DNA of 64,000 nucleotides. It comes from Octopus vulgaris (Eukaryota). Below, piece by piece: positions 24,840 through 37,987 of this stretch (its first letter is position 1; every line of letters begins with the position of its first letter). The position numbers and the translations under genes were made by a program. The notes beneath the pieces are model-generated. The model ran no database searches and was not told the DNA's origin. It worked only from the letters and a program-made list of their open reading frames with translations. The DNA lies in assembly GCA_951406725.2 (NCBI GenBank), contig OX597830.1, positions 27,032,001-27,096,000 of the forward strand, written 5' to 3'.

Positions 24840-27800
24840 GCTTTTATTATCTAATAACCACAACCAATTTCTGATTTTCAGATTTAAGGTGCTATAAAGT
24901 AGCGTGCCACGAAGATGGATAAAATAGATGTTTCGTTAAAGGATAGTAGGAAGGATTATATACATGAAATTTTGGAGAAAACCAACTGATTTATACGAAG
25001 AATGAGGGGAAAAGCTTTCTTCTTCGACAGAAAAATTAAATCAAATGACAAACCTGAACATGGTAACCTACTAAGAAGAGTATTCAAATCCAGGAGGAAC
25101 CCACCATTAACCAATGACTAACCAGATTTGAAGAGGAATTATATAATATGGTTAAGAACGTGAAATTCAGGAAATATCTTAGGAGGTACAATATACATCA
25201 GAAAATTACTGGATGACTTGAAGAAAGCTCCAGGAATATTTGTACAAGCGGGTAAAAATAGTAGCGTTTACATTGTTATATAAATCAATATGGTTAGGTA
25301 GGAATTACTCAGCAAATGTAGACATATCAATAACGACACATTAAAAAGAATAACTAATACAGGGTTACAAATCGCTAGAGATTTAGCTATAGGTGATAAA
25401 ACTGATCTATACGACCCTAGAAAACCCTAGATTATGCTTAAGGACCATAAACCTAACTTCCTTATTGATCCTCAGTTAGATTGATTTGTCCTTCTAAATC
25501 CGATATAGGGATTATTAGTAAGAAAATCATTGATGGAGTACTACCCATCCTTAAGTCGAAAACTAGATTATCCCTCTGGTCAGATACCCAAGAGGTGGTC
25601 GGATGGTTTAAGCTTCTAGAAACTAGCAAGAATATCAAATTCCTACAGCTAAATATAGAGAGTTATTACGCCACAATTAACCCGATCGTCCTCAATAAAG
25701 CCCTGATTTATAGTATGAGAAATTCTGATTTGTCCCGACGCAAAATAGATATAATTCTTGCAGCGCGAGCCACTTCAGTAGATTCTGATGGCAGATTTTG
25801 GAGTTGATTAGATAGAGAGAATGCAGAAACGTTAGCACTCCGAGCGAAATGCTTAGCGGTATTTCGTCTACCGTTACGTTCTGAGTTCAAATTCCGCCGA
25901 GGTCGACTTTGCCTTTCATCCTTTCGGGGTCGATAAATTAAGTACCAGTTGCGCACTGGGGTCGACGTAATCGACTTAATCCCTTTGCCTGTCCTTGTTT
26001 GTCCCCTCTATGTTTAGCCCCTTGTGGGCAATAAAGAAATAAAAATAACAATGGAGTCATCTGACTCTGTACAGGTCACAGACTTAGTCGGGATATATAT
26101 CCTTTCATTAATCCAGTCTTCCTAACAGATGGTCTATATAGGGGTGACGCACTATTCTTTCTGGATAGAAGTAGTAAAGTACAATTAGAAAGGCATAGAA
26201 AACATTTCTTTAGATTAAAAAAAAATTAGGACTAAATATTACTATGGGAAAGGATTATCGTAGAGTAAATTTTCTTGATGCAACCTTCTGTCTTGATACT
26301 GGATTCTTTGAGCCATTTCATAAGCCAAATAATCATATTAAGTACATAAATGTAGCATCCAGCCATCCACCATCGAAAATACGGGAATTAGTTAAGAATA
26401 TTTCTACAAGAATTTCTAGATTACTCACTGATAAAAAAATTTTCGAATCATATGCACCTTATTTATAAAGCTGTTTATTTATATATGTGTATAGGGCTGG
26501 ATACCATAAAAAAATTCAATATATACAAGAAGCAGGCATACACAGCACTGTCAGGTCATGCAGTAATAATGCACATTGTACACCATTACAACGTTACGGT
26601 ATGAGAACATACTGAGATCAAGAATACAGGCCAGGAAAAATTGCTCACGGCAATGAACTACCAACGAAAACTCATAAACACACACAACACAATAATCCAA
26701 CTGCTTATAACAGTAAATTGTATCAATTCTGTACAACACACTCGATCACCTATGCCAAACAACATATATAGGAACGATGATGTCATTATGTACAACCCGA
26801 TTTTCGGTTCGCATATTTCAACCTAGATCGCTGAATATTTTTTTGCTGCTTTAGACAAATGTTTTCCTAAATCTAATAAATACCATACTATTTTTAACCA
26901 ACACACCGTGAAGGTATTCTACGCTAACTCTACTAATTTAGAGCTGTATATGCGCCGCATAAACAATAGTAAAATGCGACAACATTTCAATAACTCACCT
27001 ACTGGATCTAGCAAATATGCACAACTAAATACCAATGAAGGAGATATAAACCGTCATGAAAAGTGCCAAATACTGTCAAATTTTGATAGTAGAAATGATT
27101 ATTATATAGCTAACACGGAAACATCGTCGGCAAATGAACTCAGAACTGTCATATATACAAATAAATATAATAAATGCTCACGCAGAGAAAAATCAGGATA
27201 CTCAGTGATGAACCTCTGTATGAGTTCAAATCTTGTATATAAATGCATAGTGCATAAGTGTTTCTTAACGACAAGAAGTCCCTAGCTACGTTGTTTACAT
27301 TGGGCAAACGGCTCATTCACTTAAGAATCGTAATTGCAACCATATCACCAGCTTGAAGAGAATCAATAAGAGACATTCAACATATTTGGCCGATTCTGTG
27401 TGGTGACTGAAGGAAGATAAATTTAAGTATAACATAACTTGGTCCATAGTAAGGCAAACAAAACCATATATCATTTCCAAGAGATGCTAACTTTGCTCCG
27501 AAGAATCCCAGTCTATTTTGTGGACCAATGAGAAGATCATTAATAGAATTTCTGAAGGACTCTCAAGATGCCTACATGCATATAAATTTACTTTCAAACA
27601 ATACGGTGGAAATGAATTTGAGTAACTGTTAACATAATTTACCTTAAGTTATGGATGAATAAGTTTAGTTTTAACCTCTCCATTCTTATAAACACCAAGT
27701 ATCTATTTAATTCGCTATGTGAACGTGTATGTGCCAAACCACACGGGTGCGTATGCTAACATCTTTGTGGGTTCTTGTAGGAGCGAGTTTACATGTGCCA

Positions 27801-28135
27801 TGCAGCTTGCGCGCGGGCGTTTACACATGCATATCTGTTAACGGTTATTTTTGATACTTTTCCCGCTGCGTTGCGAGTCCGTTTCTTTTTTTCATATGTT
27901 ATTTTATTATTGATCTTTTATACAGATGAAGATATATCCTTTAATTTGCTGCTTTTCTTTACACGAAATGAGAAGATACATCGCGGAACTATTATCTTAA
28001 CGAGTTATATCTATTTATCACCCAACGAGACATATCTGCACTGTCGGATGCTCCTGAACCAGTTAAGTGTCCCACCCGTGAAAGATCGATGCTATATGTG
28101 TCGAAAACACTGTAGAGATTAATAAAAATGATCAT
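24840..28135 (+). mobile_element. Degraded Penelope-like (Naiad-type) element, RT + GIY-YIG, with a SINE insertion
   Basis: DHKPNFLIDP..ICPSKSDIGIISKKIID; MESSDSVQVTDLVGIYIL; GLYRGDALF; VNFLDATF..PFHKPN..YINVASSHPP; YVVYIGQT; C*LCSEE. Confidence 0.85.
25815..26045 (+). mobile_element. SINE family C inserted in the Naiad RT region
   Basis: gcagaaacgttagcac..gttcaaattccgccgaggtcgactttgcctttcatcctttcggggtcgataaattaagtaccag. Confidence 0.9.
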
Positions 28136-28148
28136 ATCTTCCATATAT

Positions 28149-28380
28149 ATTTCTTTACTACCCACAAGGGGCTAAACACAGAGGGGACAAACAAGGACAG
28201 ACAAAGGGATTAAGTCGACTACATCGACCCCAGTGCGTAACTGGTACTTAATTTATCGACCCCGAAAGGATGAAAGGCAAAGTCGACCTCGGCGGAATTT
28301 GAACTCGGAACGTAACGACAGACGAAATATGGCTACGAATTTCGCCCGGCGTGCTAACGTTTCTACCAGCTCGCCGCCTT
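28149..28380 (-). mobile_element. SINE family C, apparently full length (tRNA head + Nin/Deu-like domain)
   Basis: Reverse strand ggcggcgagctggtagaaacgttagcac..gttcaaattcc..gcctttcatcctttcggggtcgataaattaagtaccag. Confidence 0.88.
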
Positions 28381-28424
28381 ACAGATATGTATATATATCT
28401 TACATATATGTATATATACACCAT

Positions 28425-28690
28425 CACAAGCGAATGATATCCGGGCTATAGTGGAGAAGGCAAGCCATAGGCTTTGGATGAAAAGTGACGATGAGCAATG
28501 GTTTGATGGATACTGAGCGAAGACTAGTAACCCCATGATCTAGCAAGCGGAGCAATATTGCCGTTGGGAGGAAGGTCTCTAAAAGGTGTGTGCATTCTTT
28601 CTTGATGACTACATGAGCTTGCTTTTGTACGGAATGCAGAGTTTTTGACTGGGAAAGCTAGTATTTGCAAGACGTTTGAAAAAAATTAAA
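28425..28690 (+). mobile_element. 3' end of an RLE LINE (HERO-like)
   Basis: ANDIRAIVEKASHRLWMKSDDEQW resembles the HERO-clade C-terminal AEKAS.WLW motif; short A run at ~28680. Confidence 0.55.
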
Positions 28691-29101
28691 CACACACACA
28701 CACCCACACACAATATAATACATTATATCTTGTGTAATAACAGCCAACAATTTTATCCAGACACAAAAGCTACAAGGTTTTTTTTATTTCTATACCAACT
28801 GAAAATTGGTGCAAACTAAAACTGCAAACAAAAGCAAGACCGACCCGTATTCCCAGGTTAATGGGAGGAGGTTCCAGTTAAGGACAAATCTCAAAGAATG
28901 GAACAAAGGAATAAGGACGCTATAAATATCTTTTTTTCTTTTTCATTTAGATTGACAACAATGTGTTCGTCACTCGTCTCACGGTAAATAATAATATATC
29001 AAACACTTTTCACTGTATTTAAAGAGTTATGACGAGTTTCTCTCTCTCTCTCTATATACACACGTATATGCATGAGTGTGCGTATTAGGACGAGTGCATG
29101 C

Positions 29102-29145
<44 letters not shown>

Positions 29146-29188
29146 ATGAACAACCTAAATATGTTTCTCCATTTTCTTATTTGTATTA

Positions 29189-29225
<37 letters not shown>

Positions 29226-29467
29226 AAGAGTGACTTCAATTTCATCCTTTTACTTTGAGGGGTTCCAAACTTAGATTTCTAATAAAGATTACTCATATTA
29301 AATTTGTAGCTTACTATTGTACATTTTTAAATATGAAAATTTTACAAGTATAGAGTGTGTTATGACCATTTATAATATGTGATTAAATTAATTTAATCAT
29401 AATTATAATTAATTAAATTTTTACCATGTTTCTTACATGTTGGTGTTACCATTCAAAACGATCGTGT

Positions 29468-29880
29468 GTACTCTTTACTCTTACTCTTTTACTCTTTTAC
29501 TTGTTTCAGTCATGTGACTGTGGCCAGGCTGAAGCACTGCCTTTAGTCGAGCAAATCGACCCTAGGACTTATTCTTTGTAAGCCTAGTACTTATTCTATC
29601 AGTCTCTTTTGCCGAACCGCTAAGTTACACACCAGCTTCGGTAGTCAAGCGATGTTGGGGAGGGGGTGGCAAACACAGGCACACGAACATATACACACAT
29701 ACATACATATGTACATATATACGACGGGCTTCTTTCAGTTTCCGTCTAACAAATACACTCACAAGGCTTTGGTCGGTCCGAAGATATAGTAGAAGACACT
29801 TGCCCAAGGTACCACGCAATGGGACTGAACCCAGAACCATGTGGTTGGTAAGCAAACTACTTACCACACAGCCACTCCTA
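29468..29880 (-). mobile_element. SINE family A, full length
   Basis: Reverse complement of the 56421-56884 family, including the (actcttt)n tail. Confidence 0.9.
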
Positions 29881-30087
29881 CTAAAATTTTATAAAACTTT
29901 TAACATCTACTCTTCTCTATCTTTAATTGTTTGTTGAATTTATATAGGATATATGCTCTATATATGCTCATAACACACCTTATATACATACATACACACA
30001 TACATACATACATACATACATACATACATACATACATACATACATGCATACATACATACACACACACACACATATATATGTGTATAT

Positions 30088-30134
<47 letters not shown>

Positions 30135-30362
30135 TACTGTGGGTACGAGGTCTCAAAAGCTGGGTAAGGTGGCAAGTAGCTTTAAAGGAAACCAGTGCTT
30201 AACTGACAGTACATTGACCTCGAAAAGATGAAGGAGGAGGTTGACCTCGGCAGAATTTGAACTTAGATCCAAAAACACATAATACATATTCATATACATA
30301 CATGCTTGCACACACATACATACACGCATATCGGCACTAGTCACCATGATTGTAGTTAGCCA

Positions 30363-30530
30363 CTACACACATTTTTTTCTCTCCTTGTTTTTTCGGTGTC
30401 CCTTTCTGTAGAAGAGCGTAGGCTGGAAACGTAAAAGACTTCTTCTATTTCTGAGCGTTATACTAATACATCTGTTTGTTTTGTACACCACCTGTCTTCG
30501 TCTTTTGTTCTTTTTGTAAACTCTCCCTAT
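30363..30530 (+). mobile_element. Penelope-like mini-element with a hammerhead-like motif, ending in (TA)n
   Basis: cttt-CTGTAGAA-gagc gtag gctg-GAAACGTA-aaag. Confidence 0.55.
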
Positions 30531-30547
30531 ATATATATATATATATA

Positions 30548-30725
30548 TACAGGTTATCACATAAATGGAAAACAAGGGGGGAAAATAGTGCTCAAATATC
30601 AGAAGCAGAGTAATAAGATTTTATTAAACCTGCAAAATCTTCCCAAAGCTGCTACACAGAGTTTCACATTCCTATTCGTCAGACAGTTGCGATGTCCGAC
30701 GAACGGGAATGCCGGACAGCAGTGT
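30548..30725 (-). mobile_element. Diverged copy of the 10.75/55.1 kb mini-element family
   Basis: Reverse strand ctgtctgacgaa..gaaactctgtgtagcag..ttactctgcttctgatatttgagcactatttt. Confidence 0.55.
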
Positions 30726-31499
30726 GTAATGTTTTACCAAAAAGTTAAACTATAATTGTAACTAAATTTGACTAGGGTGTTGCAAACATCAACATTGCTA
30801 GAAATAAGATTTAAAATACTCTAATGTCGTACTCAAGACACATAATTGTATACATATATTCTGACAGGATTATAATCACCCGAAAACACCGATTGAATAA
30901 GTGACAACACATACAAACATTCTTAGTTTTAATTATCTATCTGGTCAATGAACAATGAAATACAATCTCGGGAATAATGCAAAAGTTTCGTTTTCCTAAT
31001 GGCTTTAAATATAAAAACTGGTGAGATCTCCGGCCTTGGTAAAAAAAATTAAAAAAAGACTCCATTGTTGTGAGATATTCAACAGCAAGTTTTTTACTCT
31101 CCTATACAAACGGGGCAACAAACTCTAACAAAATTTCATGCTTATACGTTTCAGTTAAAAATAAAAACGACAATTCTTTAAAAGGAAGGTGTGGTAAAAA
31201 ATGTTTGTTCGTGGGCGAAAGAAAGCAAAGCAGTTCATACCACATTGAATTTGAAGCCACAATCACATCTATTCAGGGTAACGAACTAGGTCATGTACAA
31301 CACACTCTGATTTTCAGGTCATTGAAAGTGTAGCGATTATAATAGGAGGTATATGATGTCGAATAGAAAGCTTTGATATAAAAAAGAAAGCTGCTTTTAT
31401 AGCCTTCTGATCAGGGTTTCATGTCTTTTATTTGTCTTGACCACTAAGAGAAAATATCCAGTCCGACTCGCTTCCGAAATTACAACAATAACAATGTTT

Positions 31500-31695
31500 T
31501 CCCATTTTGGCGATTTCGGGAAAGAGAGTAAAGTAATTACATCGAGCTTAGGGCTCAACTGGTACTCACTTTATGAGTCTTCGAAAGGATTAAAGGCAAA
31601 GTCTACCCCAGTGAGATATGAGTTCAAAACGTTAAGACGGACGGCGAAATACCACTAAGCATTTCGTCCAGCGTGCTAACGACTCTGCCGCCTTA
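31500..31695 (-). mobile_element. SINE family C (old copy)
   Basis: gaaaggattaaaggcaaagtc..taagcatttcgtccagcgtgctaacgactctgcc. Confidence 0.7.
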
Positions 31696-31789
31696 AAGCA
31701 ATTTCAGCTTTGCACTTATGTCAGACTTGAACTCAAATACAGACATTCAAATGTCAAGTCTCCGTCAATTTCGACCAAAGTACAAAGCC

Positions 31790-31849
<60 letters not shown>

Positions 31850-31903
31850 TAATAATAATTTTCTAGCAATAACCACGCCTCGGATTTACCTCATTGGCCA
31901 TAA

Positions 31904-32070
31904 TAATAGGGGCTGCAATCAGGGTGGGGCACTTGCAGAAAACAGCACTGCTTGGAACCGCTCGAATACTCCGGAAGGCGCTCGAAAAATAAGGGGTGTT
32001 ACCTTAGTTCACTGGCAGTGAACAACTGACACCGTAGTACATCTCCAGCGTCAGAAGCTGTGCAAAGGCA
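31904..32070 (+). mobile_element. R4/Dong family 2, extreme 3' end, followed by (TAA)n
   Basis: IGAAIRVGHLQKTALLGTARILRKALEK* plus 3' UTR, then (TAA)n 32071-32380. It continues the sequence truncated at ~37984. Confidence 0.8.
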
Positions 32071-32076
32071 ATGATG

Positions 32077-32337
<261 letters not shown>

Positions 32338-32383
32338 TTTTAATAATAATAATAATAATAATAAATATAATAATAATAATAAA

Positions 32384-32938
32384 TGCCCTGATGCAGTACC
32401 AGGCAGTGGCTCTCATGGCTTCTGATCTTAACTGATTGGAAGTGTTATCATGTACATTGTTTTGTCTTGGTATAAAAGATGGGCTACAGCAAATATTCTG
32501 CTCAATTCCACATATTTGCTTGTCAGTTGCTTGACCTTAACCAGTTGAGCATGTCCCTTAGTGGCTGACGATATGTGCATCTCTGATCACGAGCAGAAGT
32601 AGTGGGAGAGCATCATACCCATGTGTTGAGGGGGATTCTTTGGGGTTTGAATAATTCACCTCTGGAAACATGGGTGGTTCTTTCAACATCCTTAAACAAC
32701 CCTTATTCAGGGACCTTTTGAGCGGGATGGGCTACTCAACCTGAAGAAAATTCTAACTGGGCCCCACCTGCAAGGTGATGTGCTGTTTATCTTGATATGA
32801 GATCACCATGTCCCGCACATAGGGTTGTGATGCATGTGCCTGGTGTACCCTTATCAGACGGGTAGTCATGATGGGTATATTCGGCTTCGTATATTTTACC
32901 CCAGTGTCACTTTGATGGCATGCACTGCTCTCTCACTC
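32384..32938 (+). mobile_element. Non-coding ~555 bp element flanked on both sides by (TAA)n (longest copy in the window)
   Basis: Other copies at 1479-1973, 34143-34470 and 58490-58810 (-); no recognisable ORF or tRNA boxes. Confidence 0.8.
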
Positions 32939-32992
<54 letters not shown>

Positions 32993-33009
32993 GATGATGA
33001 TGATGATGA

Positions 33010-33152
33010 TAATCCTTTCTACTATAGGCACAAGGGCTGAAATTTTGAGGATGGGGATAGTCGATTGCATCGACCCCGGGGTCTCACTGGTACTTAATTT
33101 ATCGACCCCCGAAAGGATGAAAGGCAAAGTCGACCGCTGCAGAATTTGAACT
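33010..33152 (-). mobile_element. SINE family C, 3' half
   Basis: ctggtacttaatttatcgacccccgaaaggatgaaaggcaaagtcgac. Confidence 0.8.
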
Positions 33153-33218
33153 AATAATAATTAATAATAATAATAATGGTAATAATAATAATGATGATGA
33201 TGATTATGATGATGATTA

Positions 33219-33299
<81 letters not shown>

Positions 33300-33300
<1 letters not shown>

Positions 33301-34110
33301 CAAAACAGAGACAGACATAAAGTGTTGGGGTTTACATATAACAAAGAAATAATAAAAGAAAAAAGGTATATACGGTATACACTGGGAAATAGGATACATG
33401 CATAGCATACAGAGGTACAAAGAGAAAAGGTGATGATGGAGGGGATGATAGAGATGTGGCCCTCCTGATACAGGAACGTCTCTAGGGATAATCGAGGAAC
33501 CCCCACCGTCCGAGATTTTTCTGAAACCCTATGAGTAAGTGCCCTCTCCAATTCCTTCTCTTTCACTCACAGGTCTACACTTAGAGAGTTACCATCCACT
33601 CTTGCCATTTTCGCAACCTTTACCCACCTTTCAATAAACTCACTCGAGGACAGCTCTTGCATCTACACCTTTAATTTCCTTTTCAAGTGAAACTTGAAGA
33701 AGTCAATGAGAACTCTACCAAAGAGGAATGTATTTGTCCTCATACCTTTCAGCCTTGTCCACCAAATAGTATCTTTTGCCAGAGCCACCAGGCAAAGGAA
33801 AACTACCTTGTCTGCCCGATCGTAGGAGGGCGGCGGTACAATTATCAGTACAGACTCGGCCGATAGATGGATCCGTCCCACACGTGACAGCAGCTGTTCA
33901 AGATATACCCTATAAGTCAGCAATGCCCGGACACTAAACGTGGGCGTGCAGAACGGTTTCATCACTCTGCGCGCAACTCGGACAAGTCCGTCTGTCAGTA
34001 CATCCGTGCCTGCAGAGCTTGTCCCGAGCCGGTAGCGCCCCCTCCCCGATAGCACTGCAGGCCAAGGATATCTGGAAATTATCTATGATAGTTCTCGACC
34101 GAAAAGTCCT
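33300..34110 (-). mobile_element. Tx1/L1-type LINE 3' end terminating in (ATT)n
   Basis: IIVPPPSYDRADKVVFLCLVALAKDTIWWTR..FKFHLKRKLKV..FIERWVKVAKM; homologous to 6470-6900; the 3' UTR runs into (TTA)n. Confidence 0.8.
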
Positions 34111-34589
34111 CAATAATAATAATAATAAGAATAATAAGAAGAAGATGGGCTACTGCAAATATTCTGCTCAATACTACAGTTGCTTGACCATAACCAGTTG
34201 AATATGTCCCTTAGTGGCTGACGATATGCGTATCTCAGATCACTACCAGAGTAGTAGGGAGCATCATATGTTGAGAGGAATTCTTTGGAGTTTGGATAAT
34301 TCACCTCTAGGAACATAGGTGTTTCGTTCAACATACTTAAACAACCCCTGTTGAAGGACCTTTTGAACGGTTTCGGCTACTTGACCTGAAGAAAGTTTTA
34401 ATTAGGCCCCACCTGCAAGGTCATGTACTGTTTATCTTGATATGATTACACCACGTCGTGCACGTATGGTTCACCATGTCGCGTACAAAACCACAGAAAG
34501 CATACAGAAGTTTGTTTACAAAAAAAAAACCCCAAAAATCTATTTATTACACTTAGTCGCGTTAGCAAAGGTATGTGGGGTTCGAGTCC
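33334..34589. repeat. Inverted segmental duplication, left copy (partner 58352-59616)
   Basis: The same composite (Tx1 3' fragment + microsatellite + TAA-element fragment + unique tail) with shared junctions. Confidence 0.92.
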
Positions 34590-34853
<264 letters not shown>

Positions 34854-34864
34854 GTATATATAAA

Positions 34865-35214
34865 TGTGCATACCTGACGAAGAGCTCCGCTCGAAACATT
34901 AAATCCTCCTTCTTTCTTTCCTTTCCTTTCCTGAATATCCAATAACACTATACTTGTTCCACGCCCTCGCGTTGTTGTGTTTTCTCTTTGTTCATGTTTG
35001 GATAAACTATATATATGTATTTCGTTTTTGGATTTGGTTTGCAAGATTCTTTATATGGGTTCGTGTGTTGAAGCATATTCTGTTGTGTCTGGGGAGAGTC
35101 ATTCTCTTTTAGCGCCTTATTATTTAACACAATCACCGGTAAAATTACCACGGAAATTTTACCGGTGAGTGTGTTAAATAATAAGGCACTGAAAGACAAT
35201 GACTCTCCCCAGAC

Positions 35215-35220
<6 letters not shown>
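34865..35220 (+). mobile_element. Penelope-like mini-element: hammerhead-like motif plus terminal fold-back 35081-35220, in (TA)n
   Basis: CTGACGAA-gagc tcc gctc-GAAAC; imperfect ~65 bp inverted arms tgttgtgtctggggagagtcatt / aatgactctccccagacacaaca. Confidence 0.6.
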
Positions 35221-35303
<83 letters not shown>

Positions 35304-35306
<3 letters not shown>

Positions 35307-35455
35307 GGAGCTTCTACAGGACTAGAACTGTTTCATTCAAATGAAACAGTTCTAGTCCTGTAGAAGCTCCTTCTATAAAATGAATTAATTTGCTCTGCCA
35401 TGTATTGAGTACCTTATTTACTGTGGTTAACCCCGACTCAACCCGGGACCTACAT
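35304..35455 (+). mobile_element. (TA)n-embedded fold-back mini-element; 34 bp perfect arms 35304-35337 / 35340-35373
   Basis: gaaggagcttctacaggactagaactgtttcatt-ca-aatgaaacagttctagtcctgtagaagctccttc. Confidence 0.7.
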
Positions 35456-35504
35456 ATATATATATATATATATATGGGTGTGTGTGTGTGATTGTGTATA
35501 GAAG

Positions 35505-35771
35505 AATATATTAATAAAAGGAATTCCAACCTTGTCTGATTTTCACGTTTTTTTTTACTGTCAAAAATTGAGAAGCATGACTGTCACCACTACTACATGA
35601 ACCCGAAGATTGTAGAATTCAATGCATGAAAGTACTAGTTCAATCAGAATGAACATTTAACATTCTACTATTTCATTTTATTTTATTCAATTATAATATA
35701 TTATCTTATAATATATCATTATAAGATTGTAAATAAAACGTGAAAATCAGACAAGGCTGGAATTCCTTTTA

Positions 35772-35780
<9 letters not shown>
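35505..35780. mobile_element. Element with ~46 bp inverted ends (inverted pseudo-LTR or MITE)
   Basis: atatattaataaaaggaattccaaccttgtctgattttcacgttt ... aaacgtgaaaatcagacaaggctggaattccttttattaatatat. Confidence 0.65.
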
Positions 35781-35822
<42 letters not shown>

Positions 35823-36117
35823 CACACACACACACATTATTAACGAAAGCGTTATTCTCAGCGTTGTTATAGGAAAATAAAGGACAAAAAACAACAATGT
35901 CACAAACCCCACACACAGAGGCACACATGCACAATCACGCACGCGATTTGTCCTCTTTTTTCTCCTTTTTTTCCCTTTTTCCTTACTTACATGAATTGCA
36001 TTTCGAAAAGCGATGATGTAACTCATCAATGTTGTAAATCAAAGAATTGTTTAGATAAAACAACAGAGCTAGCGACTGTCAAATTTGGTGCGTAAGAAAA
36101 TCGGTTAGTTCTTTCTT

Positions 36118-36392
36118 AAGACTAGCCAGGCTCATGGGACAGGTTTCCCAGTTTCTGTGGCGTGTGTTCCCTCCGGCTGGACGGGATGCCAGTGCATCGC
36201 AGCGTTACTCAAGAAACAGGAAGAGAGAGTGAAAGAAAGTTGGGACGAAAGATTACAACAGGGGTTCACCACCACCCCCTGCCAGAGCCTCGTGGAACTT
36301 TAGGTGTTTTCGCTCAATAAACACACACAACGCCCTGTCTGGGAGTCGAAACCACGATCCTCCGACCGCGAGTCCTCTGCCATTGCGCCTCC
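36118..36392 (-). mobile_element. SINE family B
   Basis: Reverse complement of the 9761-10080 family. Confidence 0.88.
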
Positions 36393-37381
36393 ATATATAT
36401 TTATACGTATATATATACGTTTATATATAATATATATATTTATGTATATATAATATATATATATAATATATATGCATACATATATACATGCATGTATGCA
36501 TCCATGCATGCATGCATGCATCCATCCATACATACATATGAACTCGAGCCTGGTATTAACTAATTAATTTTTTTGTTCGTTCTAGTGTTATAACAGCGTG
36601 CCTTATTAATTCGTTGTTTTTCGAGGTTTGGGTTTAAACTGCCCTTTATATCATGTAAGCAGTCCTGTCAAAGGTCTCCTCTCTGTGTATTAACATATTT
36701 TATACACATATTTTAAAAAATATGTTATGTCTTATGACTTTTATTTATGCATGCTAACCACCGGTAATAAATTATTTTATCAACCTCATATTTACGATAT
36801 ATATATATAGATCAAAATGAAAATCAAAAATCAAATTTAGAAATCTTTTTTGAAATTCTCTAAATTAAAGGACGAATCTACGTTCAACCATTTTACAACT
36901 ATATATATAAAGATTTCTAAAGTTGATTTTTCCTACTTTGCTATTAATTAACAGGCGTAAATTTGCAAACATATGAAAGTAATACTTGTATATAATGTTT
37001 GGTGAATTTATGGAAAGAAGTCCCATAAAGCTCATAGATTTATTTTAAAACGGAGGAAACAAATTGTTAAAATATATGAGAAGTTTAATTCTTATATATT
37101 TCAATAACTTGTGTATGTATCTGCATTGCGTATAAACATACAATGAAAGAAAAGTAACACCAAGCGGAAAACAAGTCAAGTAACTAAATAAAGGAAAATT
37201 TAAGGCGTGTGACACATATAAATAGCGCATGTTTCCTGAATGCGAGTCACTTTTCAAAGCGATCTTTAACGTGAAATGCTGTATGAATAATTGGTGCACC
37301 TTAATACGGAGTTTGCAGTAGAAGGGTTTGTGAAAAAAAAAAAAACAAAACAAGAGGTGAGCATTCATATTTGTTTATTTG

Positions 37382-37434
<53 letters not shown>

Positions 37435-37534
37435 TATATTATATGTATATACATATTTATATGTGTGTATGTCTCTTTCTCTCCCTCTCTCTCTTTCTTT
37501 ACAAATGCATATATATATATATGTATATATATGA

Positions 37535-37616
<82 letters not shown>

Positions 37617-37684
37617 ATATATAAATATATATACATGTATGTATGTATGTATGTATGTATGTATGTATGTATGTATGTATATTT

Positions 37685-37987
37685 GTGAAGGCGCATGGCT
37701 TATTGGTTAGAGCGTCGAGCTTACGATCGTGAGGTGGTGACTTTGATTCCCGGACCAGGTTGCGTGTCGTGCTCTTGAGCAAGACACTTTATTTCACGTT
37801 GCTCCAGTTCACTCATCTGTAGAAATGAGTTGCAACATCTCTGGTGCCAAGCTGTATCCGCCTTTGCCTTTCGCTTGGATAACATTGGTGGTGTGGATAT
37901 GGGAGGCTGGTATGCATGGGAGACTGCTGGTCTTCCACAAACAACCGTACCCGGACTTGTGCCTCGGAGGGTAACTTTCTAGGTGCA
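37685..37987 (+). mobile_element. tRNA-derived SINE family D
   Basis: gaaggcgcatggcttattggttagagcgtcgagc..gattcccggacc; matches 59615-59919. Confidence 0.88.

Noticed and set aside
13042-27620. Selenocysteine recoding, reported for some Naiad elements
   Set aside because: The conserved Cys codons of the young element are intact, and the stops I checked in the decayed copy (TAA ~27488, TGA ~27406) are not at Cys positions.
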